A DNA stretch of 40,949 nt from Vermamoeba vermiformis (taxonomy: Eukaryota), in contig JBEWZL010000274.1 in assembly GCA_045837725.1 (NCBI GenBank), forward strand, positions 1-40,949. The letters are read 5' to 3'. Position numbers and translations under genes: made by a program. Position 1 is the first letter of the stretch. Each line of letters begins with the position of its first letter. Below, in pieces: positions 1 through 10,531 of the stretch. The notes under the pieces were generated by a model, which did no database searches, had not been told where the DNA came from, and saw nothing but the letters and a program-made list of their open reading frames with translations.

Positions 1-1739
1 CCATAGCATGAATCAACATTTTTGTATTATCGTCCGTGCTATAAAATTGCTAATTATTTCGTTTACAATCGGATCTCATTTTGACGCTTCATAAAACAGG
101 GTTTGATGTATATGAAAGTATTCGGCAATTTTACGTATGGAATTCCTCCTCCAGCAACACCCGATCATAATCCTGCTGTTGACCTTACACGGGTAAGCTG
201 AATCTGCGTCTAAGATCAGCTAAACTCAACGCTAAACATTATTAGACTCTTTATGATATGGCTAGCTTGACTAAAGTGTTCGTTACTACGACTGCCACGA
301 TGCAATTCTATCAAAGAGGCGAACTGGATCTCGGTATGGCAAATGAAATTATTATTGTAATTCTGGCTAATTGTTTTCGTTAGATATGAAGTCAGCGCGA
401 TCCTTCCTTATTAGGAAATGCTTTTGCCAACAACGGCAAAGATCAGATCCGCATCAGACATTTGTTGGCTCATAGCGCTGGTTTCCCGCCAGATCCAATT
501 CCCAACTACTGTACGTCACCTCATTAACTACCCTCATATTATTATGGCCTAATTATCTATTGGTTAGGGGAGAAATCTTTCGGCTGCCCTGAGACTAGCA
601 AGCCCAAACCAGCTGAAAAATTCACGTGCCAACAACAGATCTACCAATCACTTATGACTCAAACTCTTCAGTATCCTACGGGCACAAAACAAATCTATAG
701 TGACTTGAGGTAAGTACCCGGCGGCTTAAATACATTAGCACATATTGCTAACTATTCCAGCTTGATCACTATGATGTACGTCATCGGCAGACGCGCACTT
801 GACACGGGTCGAATTGCCGTGTGTGACTTGAGACCTGCCTGCACTAACATTTGGGGACCTGGCGCTCCTGAGTACGTACCATACATATCTATTTTATGGG
901 TATTAACTCGCAGCAGATTGTATCAGTGCTACTACGAGGCCTATGCTCGCAAGTACGTCTTTGAGCCTTTGAACTTGCAATCTTCTTTGTTTTTGCCTTC
1001 TGAGTACCGCTGGAAGAACATTGCTCCCACTTGGAACGACGCTTCTTATCAGAAACACGTCATTCAGGTACGATACACTGGCACCAATATGACACGTGTC
1101 AGTCACTAATCCATGTGAACAAAGGGTACTGTCAGTGACGGAAATGCGTACGCTTTGGGTGGTATTGCAGGTACGTGCGATCTTCTATAACATGAGGCAA
1201 ATGTTAACTCCTATAGGTCATGCTGGTTTGTTCCTCAAGACAGCTATGTCAATCGAACCACTGTCGACCTCTTCATTAAGTAAGCCATTGTAACAATATA
1301 GAACTCATCTAACTCGTTTTCAGGCCCGTGAACTTGACACAAGGACCTCGTGCTCTCGGCTGGTTAGTCAATGATCCCAAGGCTGACACTTACATGGGCT
1401 GCGGCGAATTATCACCGAGAACATTCTACCACACCGGTTACTATACGATATATACTTCAAATGCTAGGTTTATCGCTAACGGACTTCTTTAGATACACTG
1501 GAACTGAGATCTGCTGCGACGCTGACAGAAAGATTTTCACCGTCTTGTTGACCAACAGGCACGTTGCATTAGTATATAAGTATTAAACTAATCTAATGTC
1601 GTAATTTAGATGCTATCCCGATGCCGAATCAACCATTCCCGCCGTCAAGATCGTGCGACGCAAGTTCAACACTGCTGTGAAAAATTTGCTCGACAACACA
1701 GCGCCGTATGAACGAGAATATGCCAAGACTTTCAATTAG
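1..1739 (+). pseudogene. Beta-lactamase-family (serine hydrolase) pseudogene, multi-exon, 5' end outside window
   Basis: Motifs DMASLTK (SxxK), LLAHSAG, YSDL, GHAGLF, HTG, LTNR. Relative to the copy at 36326-38403: net +1 frameshift at ~388-398, 52-bp deletion at 1233/1234, donor GT>TT at 1438, donor GT>GC at 1559-1560. Confidence 0.85.
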
Positions 1740-1779
1740 ATTGGATTTATGCATAAATAAATAAACAATTTTGATTTAT

Positions 1780-3296
1780 TTACAACTTGGATGTGTATGT
1801 TTTGAGCACACTCGACGGCAGCACTGGATAAGTGCGTGCTGGATCTGACATGGTACATTCAAAGGTGAAGCCGCCAGGACCTACTACTATTCTATTACGT
1901 GCCTGAGGACCTGGAGACCGCGGTAAGTTTGTTGAGCGTGAGAATAAAGATAAAAGTTTTTTCAGTGAAAATTACCTAAGTTGGAAGTGTCAGGATGATC
2001 GGCATCGCCAGGCATGCAAACAGACAAGCCACCATCTTGGAACGTCAAATTAGGTTGCACCGGTCTATGTCAAAATAAGAAATCAGTAAGTTACTTTCTA
2101 AGCGAGCTCTATATATGAGTACTACTCTATTAAATATTAAGATACCTTAGATCTCTCTTTGGTGCAGCAGCCACGAGTTCTTTGAGTGTTTTGTACTGAC
2201 AGATCTCCATCAAAATGAACCTGAACAACGCATGAGATTCATTGATGAGTACTATAGTGATAGACTTACCATGTCGGCGGTGCAATAGAAACTGTTTTTT
2301 CGTTCCATTTTTCAATCACTTCTTGCGGATGGAACCAATCAAAAGACACCGTTTCCACATCTAAACCGATCCGTTAGTTGATGGACTTATAAGGAAATTA
2401 ATATGGTCCTCGTACTATCTTGATGCACGTGATCACGTTCGCCTTCTTCAACGTCATCTACAGCGATATAGAAGTGCGTGTCGTAACGCCATTTCTCTTG
2501 GATCGGCGTTATCCAACGAGCCCAATGATGTAATTTAGTAACCTACTAGTATATCAGTAACATATTATAATCTATCATATTCATACCTCAGGAACTGTTT
2601 TATGCTCGCGCATCAATGAAATAAACTCCTTCGCGTCTTTATTAACCTTGGATCTGGTACACGATTAGCGTCGAGTACCAATATAGAATGATAATTTTCA
2701 AATAATACTTACCTCCATTCAGATGATGGCTTAACTCGAGGATTCGTCAATAACAAGTTTGTTTCTTCGTACAACTCGCGGATGCCGCCCAAACGAAGAT
2801 TTAGCTGCGAAGAGAAGACATTTTAGCCATAAAAATTCATATATTATGTATTATTAAGCTCTTACGTCTTTAACTGACGATGATTCTTTGCTACAAACGC
2901 TTTGCCAGGCAGGATCCGAGTCACCTTCTTCCAAAATGCCTCCAGGAAAGACATGGGCTCCTTAACAAGAACTATATTTAATAAATAATATTACAATGCA
3001 CATTGAAAGGATTTACCTGGCAGAAAGCGACTTTTCATCGATCTCTTGACCTGCAATCAAATAATAGCGTTAAAAAATCAAATAATTACGTTACTATTAA
3101 ATATGGTCATTATGGATCAATATTATCAAGTAAATGTGAATAACGCAATATTTTCTGTGGTTGTAATCTTTTTATGTATGTGACACGCAGGGAAGTTGAA
3201 TCCTACCATTAATATTTTGTAATCAGAATATTTGCTCGCATGATTTTTAATTGGCTTGCATAATAATACTGTGGCTGCTAGTTTCGGGACACTCAT
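1780..3296 (-). CDS. NUDT19: NUDIX hydrolase, NUDT19-like peroxisomal acyl-CoA diphosphatase, copy 1 (multi-exon)
   Basis: Spliced product MSVPKLAATVLL...VFPGGILEEGD...IRELYEET (Nudix box with insertion)...HWARWITP...RYDTHFY...LHPPTW. C-terminus is SKL (PTS1). The splice sites I checked are intact. Confidence 0.85.
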
Positions 3297-3514
3297 GGTT
3301 CAATAAACAATCAAAATTTCTCCATTTCCTTGAAGTTAACCCGACATTCTGGTCTGCTGTACTGATCACAAACTGAGAGCCTGGTATAGTTAACATAGCA
3401 CGGTTGCATCTTTGTTGCGGTAGAGTCTGTTAAAGACAAGATAAGCGAGGGCGCAGCGTGGATAGCCCTATCGACCGAGCGACTCGGCTTCCGCTCCAAC
3501 ACCGCCTTCAACAA

Positions 3515-3588
3515 GGTTCCATGGTGTAGTTGGTTATCACATCTGCTTCACACGCAGTAGGTCCTCGGTTCGATTCCGAGTGGAACCA
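3515..3588 (+). tRNA. tRNA-Val(CAC)
   Basis: Acceptor GGTTCCA/TGGAACC, A box TGGTGTAGTTGG, anticodon loop TT-CAC-AC, T arm CTCGG-TTCGATT-CCGAG, oligo-T terminator. One T:T mismatch at the top of the anticodon stem. Confidence 0.96.
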
Positions 3589-4010
3589 TTTCTTTTTTGC
3601 TTTTCTTTTTGCCTGCGATACCTCGATAGCAAACTGCTTTGCGAACCTTTTTGCTCGAGCGAACTCCATAATGTCCTTATGTCGAGTAAGTAGCCAGTAA
3701 CCGCATCTCTCAGGCGGCAGTTACATCTTAATCCATCTACCCAAACTCACTTACTACGAACAAGGGATGCCTGGACTACCAACTATCGTAACTTGCTATC
3801 GCTCAACCATGCAGTATTAATAGACCGATGAGCACAATGTCATTTCAAACAAGCAGAACCTTGAAAAACGGTTGTCGGCCGAATGCACACTGTCGGAGAA
3901 CGGCGAATGTCAATCGAGACATCCACCCGAGCCGTGACTGCGCACAACAGCAAAGCAAAGGAAATGGTTTGCTTCTGACCGATCCAGGGCCTGTTTTTGC
4001 TGAATGACAC

Positions 4011-4413
4011 ATTTTTCATTTTATTTCCGCGCTGCTAAGCAGCCCGTAGATGAAAATTTATTAGTCTAGCAATATCAAATTACAAGGACCGAGTGTGAGA
4101 TTTCCCAGCGCGTTGTATTCGTCCATGAACTTTGCAACCGTGGCGCTGATGCGCTGTGGTAGTTCGGCAGGCGACTTGCGCAGAGTAGTGTTGGTGGTGC
4201 AGGCGATCCTACGAGCCAGTATTGCCGACAGAGTGGTTGAGATTTCCTTCTTGTAAGCGGAGACAATCCCGCTGGTTGAGAGGCCTTCACCTGTGAAGTT
4301 GAGCGAGTGTACAGTGCGGAAAATGAGCCATAGTTTGAGTGTTTGGAGTATTAATTCGATGCCGCTGAAGGCGAGCGGTAGGACCGCCTCAGGTGTCCAT
4401 GGTAGTGGTGAGT
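4011..4413 (-). mobile_element. Putative 5'-truncated non-LTR retrotransposon fragment upstream of tRNA-Ile
   Basis: Flanked by exact 10-bp direct repeat TGAATGACAC (4001-4010, 4414-4423). Minus-strand frame is open from the junction to TAA at 4061 with no ATG at the junction, followed by a short stem-loop UTR and A-rich end (AAATAAAATGAAAAAT). Confidence 0.62.
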
Positions 4414-4431
4414 TGAATGACACTCAACAAC

Positions 4432-4505
4432 GGCCGTTTAGCTCAGTTGGTTAGAGCATCGTGCTAATAACGCGAGGGTCCCAGGTTCGATCCCTGGAAT
4501 GGCCA
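4432..4505 (+). tRNA. tRNA-Ile(AAT)
   Basis: Acceptor GGCCGTT/AATGGCC, D arm GCTC/GAGC, anticodon arm TCGTG-CT AAT AA-CGCGA, T arm CCAGG-TTCGATC-CCTGG, oligo-T terminator. Confidence 0.97.
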
Positions 4506-4731
4506 ATTATTTTTTTTGTTTTTACGGGGACCTTCTTCATTAATTAACCCCTTCTTGCCCCATGTACCCTCCTTTTGCACGTGTGTCTTTGGAGTTTTAA
4601 AGAAAAGTTCTTGATCAGCCGATTTTCGTATCATTTGCTTTCCATAATTGATCGTTACACTCAGGTCTACATTGAGGGCTTCCCTTCGTTATTTCCGAAG
4701 CCTTTTTTGGGTTGTAAGCAACGCGGTTGCG

Positions 4732-4772
4732 TTTTGCGCGCCTTTTTTTCGCGGGAGATTTTGGCGCCGAAA
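4732..4772. promoter_or_regulatory. Cluster of E2F-like sites upstream of SCC3
   Basis: TTTTGCGCGCC, TTTCGCGGG and near-palindromic TTTTGGCGCCGAAA (4759-4772, matches TTTSSCGC), about 70-110 nt upstream of the ATG. Confidence 0.5.
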
Positions 4773-4843
4773 TCAATCTATTTTCATTCTCGCCTTTGCC
4801 TTGACCACCACAAAACCTTGGAAGACAGCAAAGGAATAATAAA

Positions 4844-7800
4844 ATGAGCACTAAGAAGAGGTCATCCAAAGCGGCAGTTGAAGAGTAAGATTGCTCGATC
4901 TTTTAAATTAATTTTTTTTGGATTAGTTTTCCAATAATATTAGTTATTTTATTAAAATCTAATTCATTGTTAGGGTCTCCGATAACGAGAAGGAGAATAC
5001 TCAAAATCTCTCTGCTGAATCTCCTGGCTCGGCTAGCAAAAAACGAGCAGCCAACGATTCCCCTGCTCCCTCTAGACCCAAAAAATCACAAAAAAAATCA
5101 AAGGGCGACACTCCTGGCCAAGGAGCTCAAGCAGAGGAAGAGCAAGAAAAGAAAGGCAAGAAACGAAGACGATCGGAGCCAGGAAGCCCAAAGAAAACAA
5201 AAAAGAAGAGAAAGAGCGATGGTGATGGCTCTGATTTAACCGAAGAGAATGTAAAATTATTTGGTAAGCACTTAAATTGTGTTGTTCGAACTTCCGTCTG
5301 ACATCTTGACTTCCGCAGAAATTATGAAGAGCAGAAATGCAGCTCTTACAATCACTATCGACGAGTGGCTTAAAACCTACGAAGAAGAAAAGGAAGACGC
5401 AATGTTCGCGTTGGTGAACTTCATTGTTCAATCTTGCGGTTCGACTGCCACGATTGCCCGCGATGAATTCGACACTTTTGAGCCCAATGATGACATTAAA
5501 GCCATCTTGCGTCGTCTTACTGAAGAGACTGGCCTTGAGGCCGTAAGTACAGAGCGTCTTATACATAAACGTATGGAGACTGATCTGTTCGACCAACAGG
5601 AAGGAGGAGAATATCCTATCGTGTCGCGCAAACAAGCCTTGAAGAAGTTCAAGGCAAACTTCATGGAGTTTTGGAAGAAGTTGATCAGCCAATGCTCCAA
5701 GACTGTTCTTTACGACGGCTACTTCTTGCCTCAACTCATTGGTTGGGTCAACGCCATTTCAGAGTACGTTTGGCCCTCTTGCTCCATAAAACAAGTACTA
5801 ACGTTAGTCTTGCAGAAACGACATCAGAACTTTCCGTCACACTGCTACAGTTATCGGCTTGCAAATCATTCGCTCGTTGTGCACAGTCGGAGCTTCTCTT
5901 CGCAATCAACTCGAGACAAACGATCGCTTGTTGAAGGCCGAGAATAAGAAGAAAGACGCTGAAAAGTCTAAGGTGACTAGCTTAACAAAGAAGTCTCAAC
6001 AATTAAACAAGAACATTGTTTCCATCGAAGAGCACATCAACGACTTGTTCGAGCAGTAAGTCTTACTGTGAACCTGAATAGGCTCAGTTCTAACAGCTCT
6101 AATAGTATCTTCGCTCATCGTTATCGTGACATCTTCCCCGACATTCGCTCAGCTTGCATTGAAGCTCTTGGTCAATGGATGATGGAGTACCCCGCGTTCT
6201 TCTTAACGGACAACCACTTGAGATACTTCGGTTGGATGATTTCTGACAAGGTTGGTGAAGTCCGCATCACCGCTCTCAAGTCAATGCAAAAGCTCTATGC
6301 CAAAGACGATATTCGCGTGCAATTGGACAACTTCACTCAGTACTTCAAGTCGCGCATCATTCAAACGATCGAAGACAAAGTCGCCGCTATTGATAGCATT
6401 ACTTTGAACGGTCAATTGGCCGAGTACGTTCATCTTAGACATTAACGCAAGGCGAACTAAGTTCTGACGATTCTTTGTAGGGCTGAGCTTCTGGATGAAG
6501 ACGACATTAACAGAATCTACGCCTTGATTTCTGACGAAAATGCTGCCATCCGCTTTGCTGCAGGCGAGTTTATCTATCAACACTTGCTCAACAAGACTAG
6601 CGCCGATCCTTCCAACCCCGACCACGACGCTCAGTTGAGAGCTTTCTTGGACTTCATCGAAGAAAAGACTCAACACGCCGAGTTGCCCAACTACATCGTC
6701 GACGCTTTGTGGGGCAAGGCTGCCGTTTTGAAGGATTGGGCTGCTATGACCAACCTCTTGCTCACTGAGTCTCAAAAGAAGGCACTTTCGGACTCACAAC
6801 AAACTTTGTTGGTGCGCATCCTGAATTGCTCCGTGAAGAAGGCTTGCGGTGAAAAGATCGTTCCCAAGACTAAGGCCGATCCTGACCACAAGGACAAGAA
6901 GGAGGCTATTCAAGAGAACAGAAGCAAGCTCAGCGAGCACCTCGTCAAGGCCTTACCTCAAGTTTTGCAGAAGTTCAAGGCTGACAAAGAAAAGACCGCT
7001 GACTTGGTTGAGATCCCTCAGTACTTCGACTTGGGAGTGTACTCGACTTTCAGATTGACCACTCAACACAAAGAACTCCTCAAGTTGTTGCAAGAAATCT
7101 TCAACAAGTCAGTCGATGAGTCTACCTTTAGAAATATTGCCAAGACTCTTAGCTACTTCCAACAAGAGAACGAAAACGCTCGTCAAACAGACGTTGCCAT
7201 AAACGAGCTTAGCGATACTGCCTTCACAAAGTTCAGATCTGCTTTGGACAACGCCGAGAGCGAGGAGTCCGAAGAGGAGCTGGCTTTGACCCTTGCTCTT
7301 CAACGTCTTGCTGAACTAACCAAGTACTTGGGTCTCGCTCATTTGGACGATTTGTTCGACACTGTCGATAACGCTCTTCGCCGAAACCTTGCTGCTCATG
7401 GTGACGAGCCTGTTATTCGCGCATTTGACATCTTGTTCTACCAACTTGCTTGGGCCAGAAGCAAGATCGATCCTAGCAGACCTGATACCAATGCTATCGA
7501 CACTCTCGTCAGAAAGCGCGACGCTGTCTTCAGACTCTTGGAGAAGTATTTGACCAACAAGTCTGTTGCCATTGCTGAAAAGGCCTACCTGGTTGCAAAC
7601 GACATGCTTATTTTGTTCTCCAAGAGCATGCGTGAAGCCAAGACATCTTTGTCATCATTGGCTTACTCTCCTTCTGCCGCCTTGGTTACTAAGATCCGCG
7701 GCTTCTTTGACGATGAAGTCACAAACAAGCAAACTTTCCGCGATGACGAAGACGAAATGGCACGCAAGGAGAAGCTGATCACTGCTCTTGCCAAGTCTAT

Positions 7801-8905
7801 TGCCTTCAACGCCCTCAACGCTGAGCACGCCCCTGCTGTCCTTTGCAACTTCGTTAGCCACGGCAAATTTATTGAAGAAATCGTCAAGACTTTCTTGCAC
7901 AAGATTCGTGAGAAGTACAAGGACTTCGAGTATCGTTTCGTCTTGGAAACCTTGAAGATCAAGTACGAGCAAATCGAATCTTCTATTACTGAGGGCGAAG
8001 CAGTCACCGTTCCCACTAGTCCTCAAAAGAAGAAGAAATCTAAGTCCAAGAAGACTGATGACGAAGAAGACCAAGATAAAGAGAAGGAAGAAGAAGACGA
8101 CTTGGAAGAGGACGACGAAGACACTGCGACCCGAACACCTCTTCGTGCCCTTGAACGATTGTCCAAGCGTTTGGCTGATACCTACGGTATTCCTACTCAA
8201 CGACACGAATGGCTCAGAAGGAGTTTGTATCAAGTGGTGAAGAGCTGCATGTACTACGCTATCGAGGACTTCCCCTCTCGTGTCAACTTCTTCCGAGCTG
8301 CTTTGTTCTTCTTGTCCAAGCTTGACGCTCAATCTGCTCGCATCTTGCGTGATGACTTTAACCGCAAGACCGCTGATCTCGAGTACGACGAGTTTGACCA
8401 CAAGCTCCGACCTTTCTTGTCCTTCAAGGAAAAGCTTGAACGCTTGGCCTCCGGTGAGAAGGGCAGTCCTGCTAAGAAGAAGGCCACCACTTCCAAGAAG
8501 CAGTCTGAGAACGTTCGCAAGAAGCTAGAGTTCACCAAGTCCAAGCAGTCCAAGGACAGTGAAGAAGATGAGAACAATGAAGAGGAAGAGGCTCTTGAAG
8601 ACAAGCGCAAGACTAAAGGCAAGGGCAAGGGCAAGAAACAAACCGAAGAAGAGGAAGAGCCCGAAGAAACCACTTCGTCGAAGAAAAAGGGCGCTAAGGG
8701 TAAGGGCAAGAAGCAAGCCTCTGAAGAGGAAGAAGCCTCTGAAGAAGAGCCCCAACAAAAGAAGGGAAAGAAGGGCACTAACACTTCTCGTGTTCAATCT
8801 ATTTACAGTGAAGAAGAGCCCGAGAAGAGCGACGAAGAAGATGAAAATACAAGCTTCGATGAAGATCAGATTCGCGAAAAACTTTTTGGAACTCGAAGCA
8901 AGTAG
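4844..8905 (+). CDS. SCC3: Cohesin subunit SCC3/STAG (stromalin), multi-exon
   Basis: LVNFIVQSCG, EYPIV...KKFKANF.EFW, RTFRHTAT, IFAHRYRDIFPDIRSACIEALGQWMMEYP.FFL.D..LRYFGW (stromalin conserved domain). Long last exon ORF 6524-8905 with an acidic/Lys-rich tail. Confidence 0.93.
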
Positions 8906-9022
8906 ATTAGTTAGTAATGGAGGGCTCTGAAGTGAGTCTCTATTTTTAACCTTGTAATATAGCCATAAATAGTATTATTATTATTGAACTTGTGAGGTTT
9001 AATTGAAATGTAACCTGCGGAT

Positions 9023-10254
9023 CTACATTGTAGGTACATCAGGGTGATCGTGAACCAATTCTTCGTCCAAAAGCTTAATAATATCAGTCATAGTCACAAC
9101 GCCCCAAAGTCTGTGAGCGCTGTCAACGATGTATACGCGGTGAATGTGATTTTCTACCATTTGGAAGATTGCCTAAAGAGGATAAAGTTAGCTTGACACT
9201 TGACTTCAACGAAGGACGTACTTCTTCGACGGTACTCTCGGGCAAGACGGTGACGGGGAATGGCTTATTCTCGGGCTTGGGAATCTGCTGCAAGGCCCAG
9301 GATACGTCCAAGAACATGGTAGCCAACAGATCTGGACCGTAACCCAAGTGCTTCAAATCCGACGCGCTAATATTTCCGATGAGTCTGCTGTTGTTGTCGA
9401 GAACAGCGACACCGGACACTTGTTCGTCTCTAATCTTGAACAAAGCGTCTTTGATCAGATCGAATTGTGACACGCAAACCACGTTTCTAAAGCCCAATTT
9501 CAATTCAGCAAGTGTCTTTGAATGACACTTGAACTCTTTGACGTGCTGAGCCACGAGATTAATAATATCGCTTTGAGTTAAGATGCCGACCAAGCTGTTG
9601 TCAAAGGCAGGAGAAACAATTGCTGCGCGGTACACGTTCGCTTTGTGCAAAACACGAAGACCAATCGCTAATGATTCGCCTTCCTTGATCTAATCCAGAT
9701 CCAAGATCAAATTAGCTCTGTTATAATCTTTGTACACACGTTACTTACTTGAATAAACTTATTGCGTTTTGAGGCATTGGCCACTTCTTTGCAAGTCACA
9801 GAACCGAATTTCTCGTGGGCCTCGAGCATTTTCAATTTGCCGACTCCTTTGCCCTCTTCTAAATCTGATTTTGAGGCAATCTGCATGATTAAATTTTACG
9901 AGGTGAGTTTCAGTGTTTACAATAAGCGCGTGCGATCTCGCAAAATTTTCATGAACAGAGGTCTGAGGCTTACCGACAGAATAAAGCATAGAATATCAAT
10001 AATATCCACAAATTGATAGTATCTTTGCGTTGCTGTATCTAATACGGGCACAGCTAATATATTATGAGTAGTAATTCTTTGGTAAGCATCTGTCACCTAA
10101 AAAAAATTGCATTAATTTTCATAATTCAATTGAAATAATGATTAGCGACAATTTATATTACTTTATCAGTGTCTTGCACTCCTATTACTGACGCGCCACC
10201 GCGAAATTTTTTTACAATAGTTTTGATCGGGACTTGGCCGAAGATGGCTGACAT
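9023..10254 (-). CDS. Four-CBS-domain protein (AMPK-gamma/SDS23-like), multi-exon
   Basis: CBS repeats: HNILAVPVLD, VGILTQSDII, VSGVAVLD..LIGNISASDLK, HIHRVYIVD..LWGVVTMTDII. ATG at 10254, TAG at 9023-9025. Confidence 0.88.
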
Positions 10255-10531
10255 TGTAGAAGATGTGAGGATATTAAAATGAAATAAAGGGTTGTTGTAT
10301 GCAAGTGTGGTATTGCAAATGTTGATTTGAAAGAGAAAAGTTTTGGTCAAAATTTGGTTCGTGTGGATCAAAAAAAGATTTACCCTTGTGAGACCAGGAC
10401 AACACACATCAAGCGAGCAATAATAATAAGGCTACTAACAGCGACAATCTTGGTGGCGTGGATTGATATAGAGCCTAAATGAGAACTTGTTGACGAAAAG
10501 TCGGATCGCCTACCAATAATTAATTTCAAAC

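Larger units (their letters stand above)
1..3305 (+). repeat. Left arm of inverted segmental duplication (runs off window start)
   Basis: Position 1 (CCATAGCATGAATC) is the reverse complement of 38101-38114. Colinear similarity continues to about 3305 (ACTCATGGTTCAATA vs rc of 34736-34750). Paired near-identical ORFs 762-1109/37008-37355 and 1371-1586/36479-36694. Confidence 0.97.

Noticed and set aside
3311-3514. ORF and GC-rich hairpins (GATAG-CC-CTATC, CCGAG-CGA-CTCGG) upstream of tRNA-Val as a second insertion or ncRNA
   Set aside because: No target-site duplication, tail or known RNA motif found, and the stems are short with very small loops.
4575-4869. Three overlapping short ORFs
   Set aside because: They cover the SCC3 promoter/5' UTR, have non-ATG starts and show no coding signature.
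5610-5620. ATATCCT as an AT-AC U12 donor
   Set aside because: It lies within the conserved EYPI coding sequence, lacks the following TT and has no matching branch site.
7655-8401. 248-aa minus-strand ORF, plus 5072-5734, 6281-6775 and 8329-8784
   Set aside because: Antisense shadows of the codon-biased SCC3 exons with no recognisable motifs.
8560-8830. GAAGAA/AAGGGC repeats
   Set aside because: Low-complexity coding for the Glu/Lys-rich SCC3 tail, not a repeat array or CRISPR.
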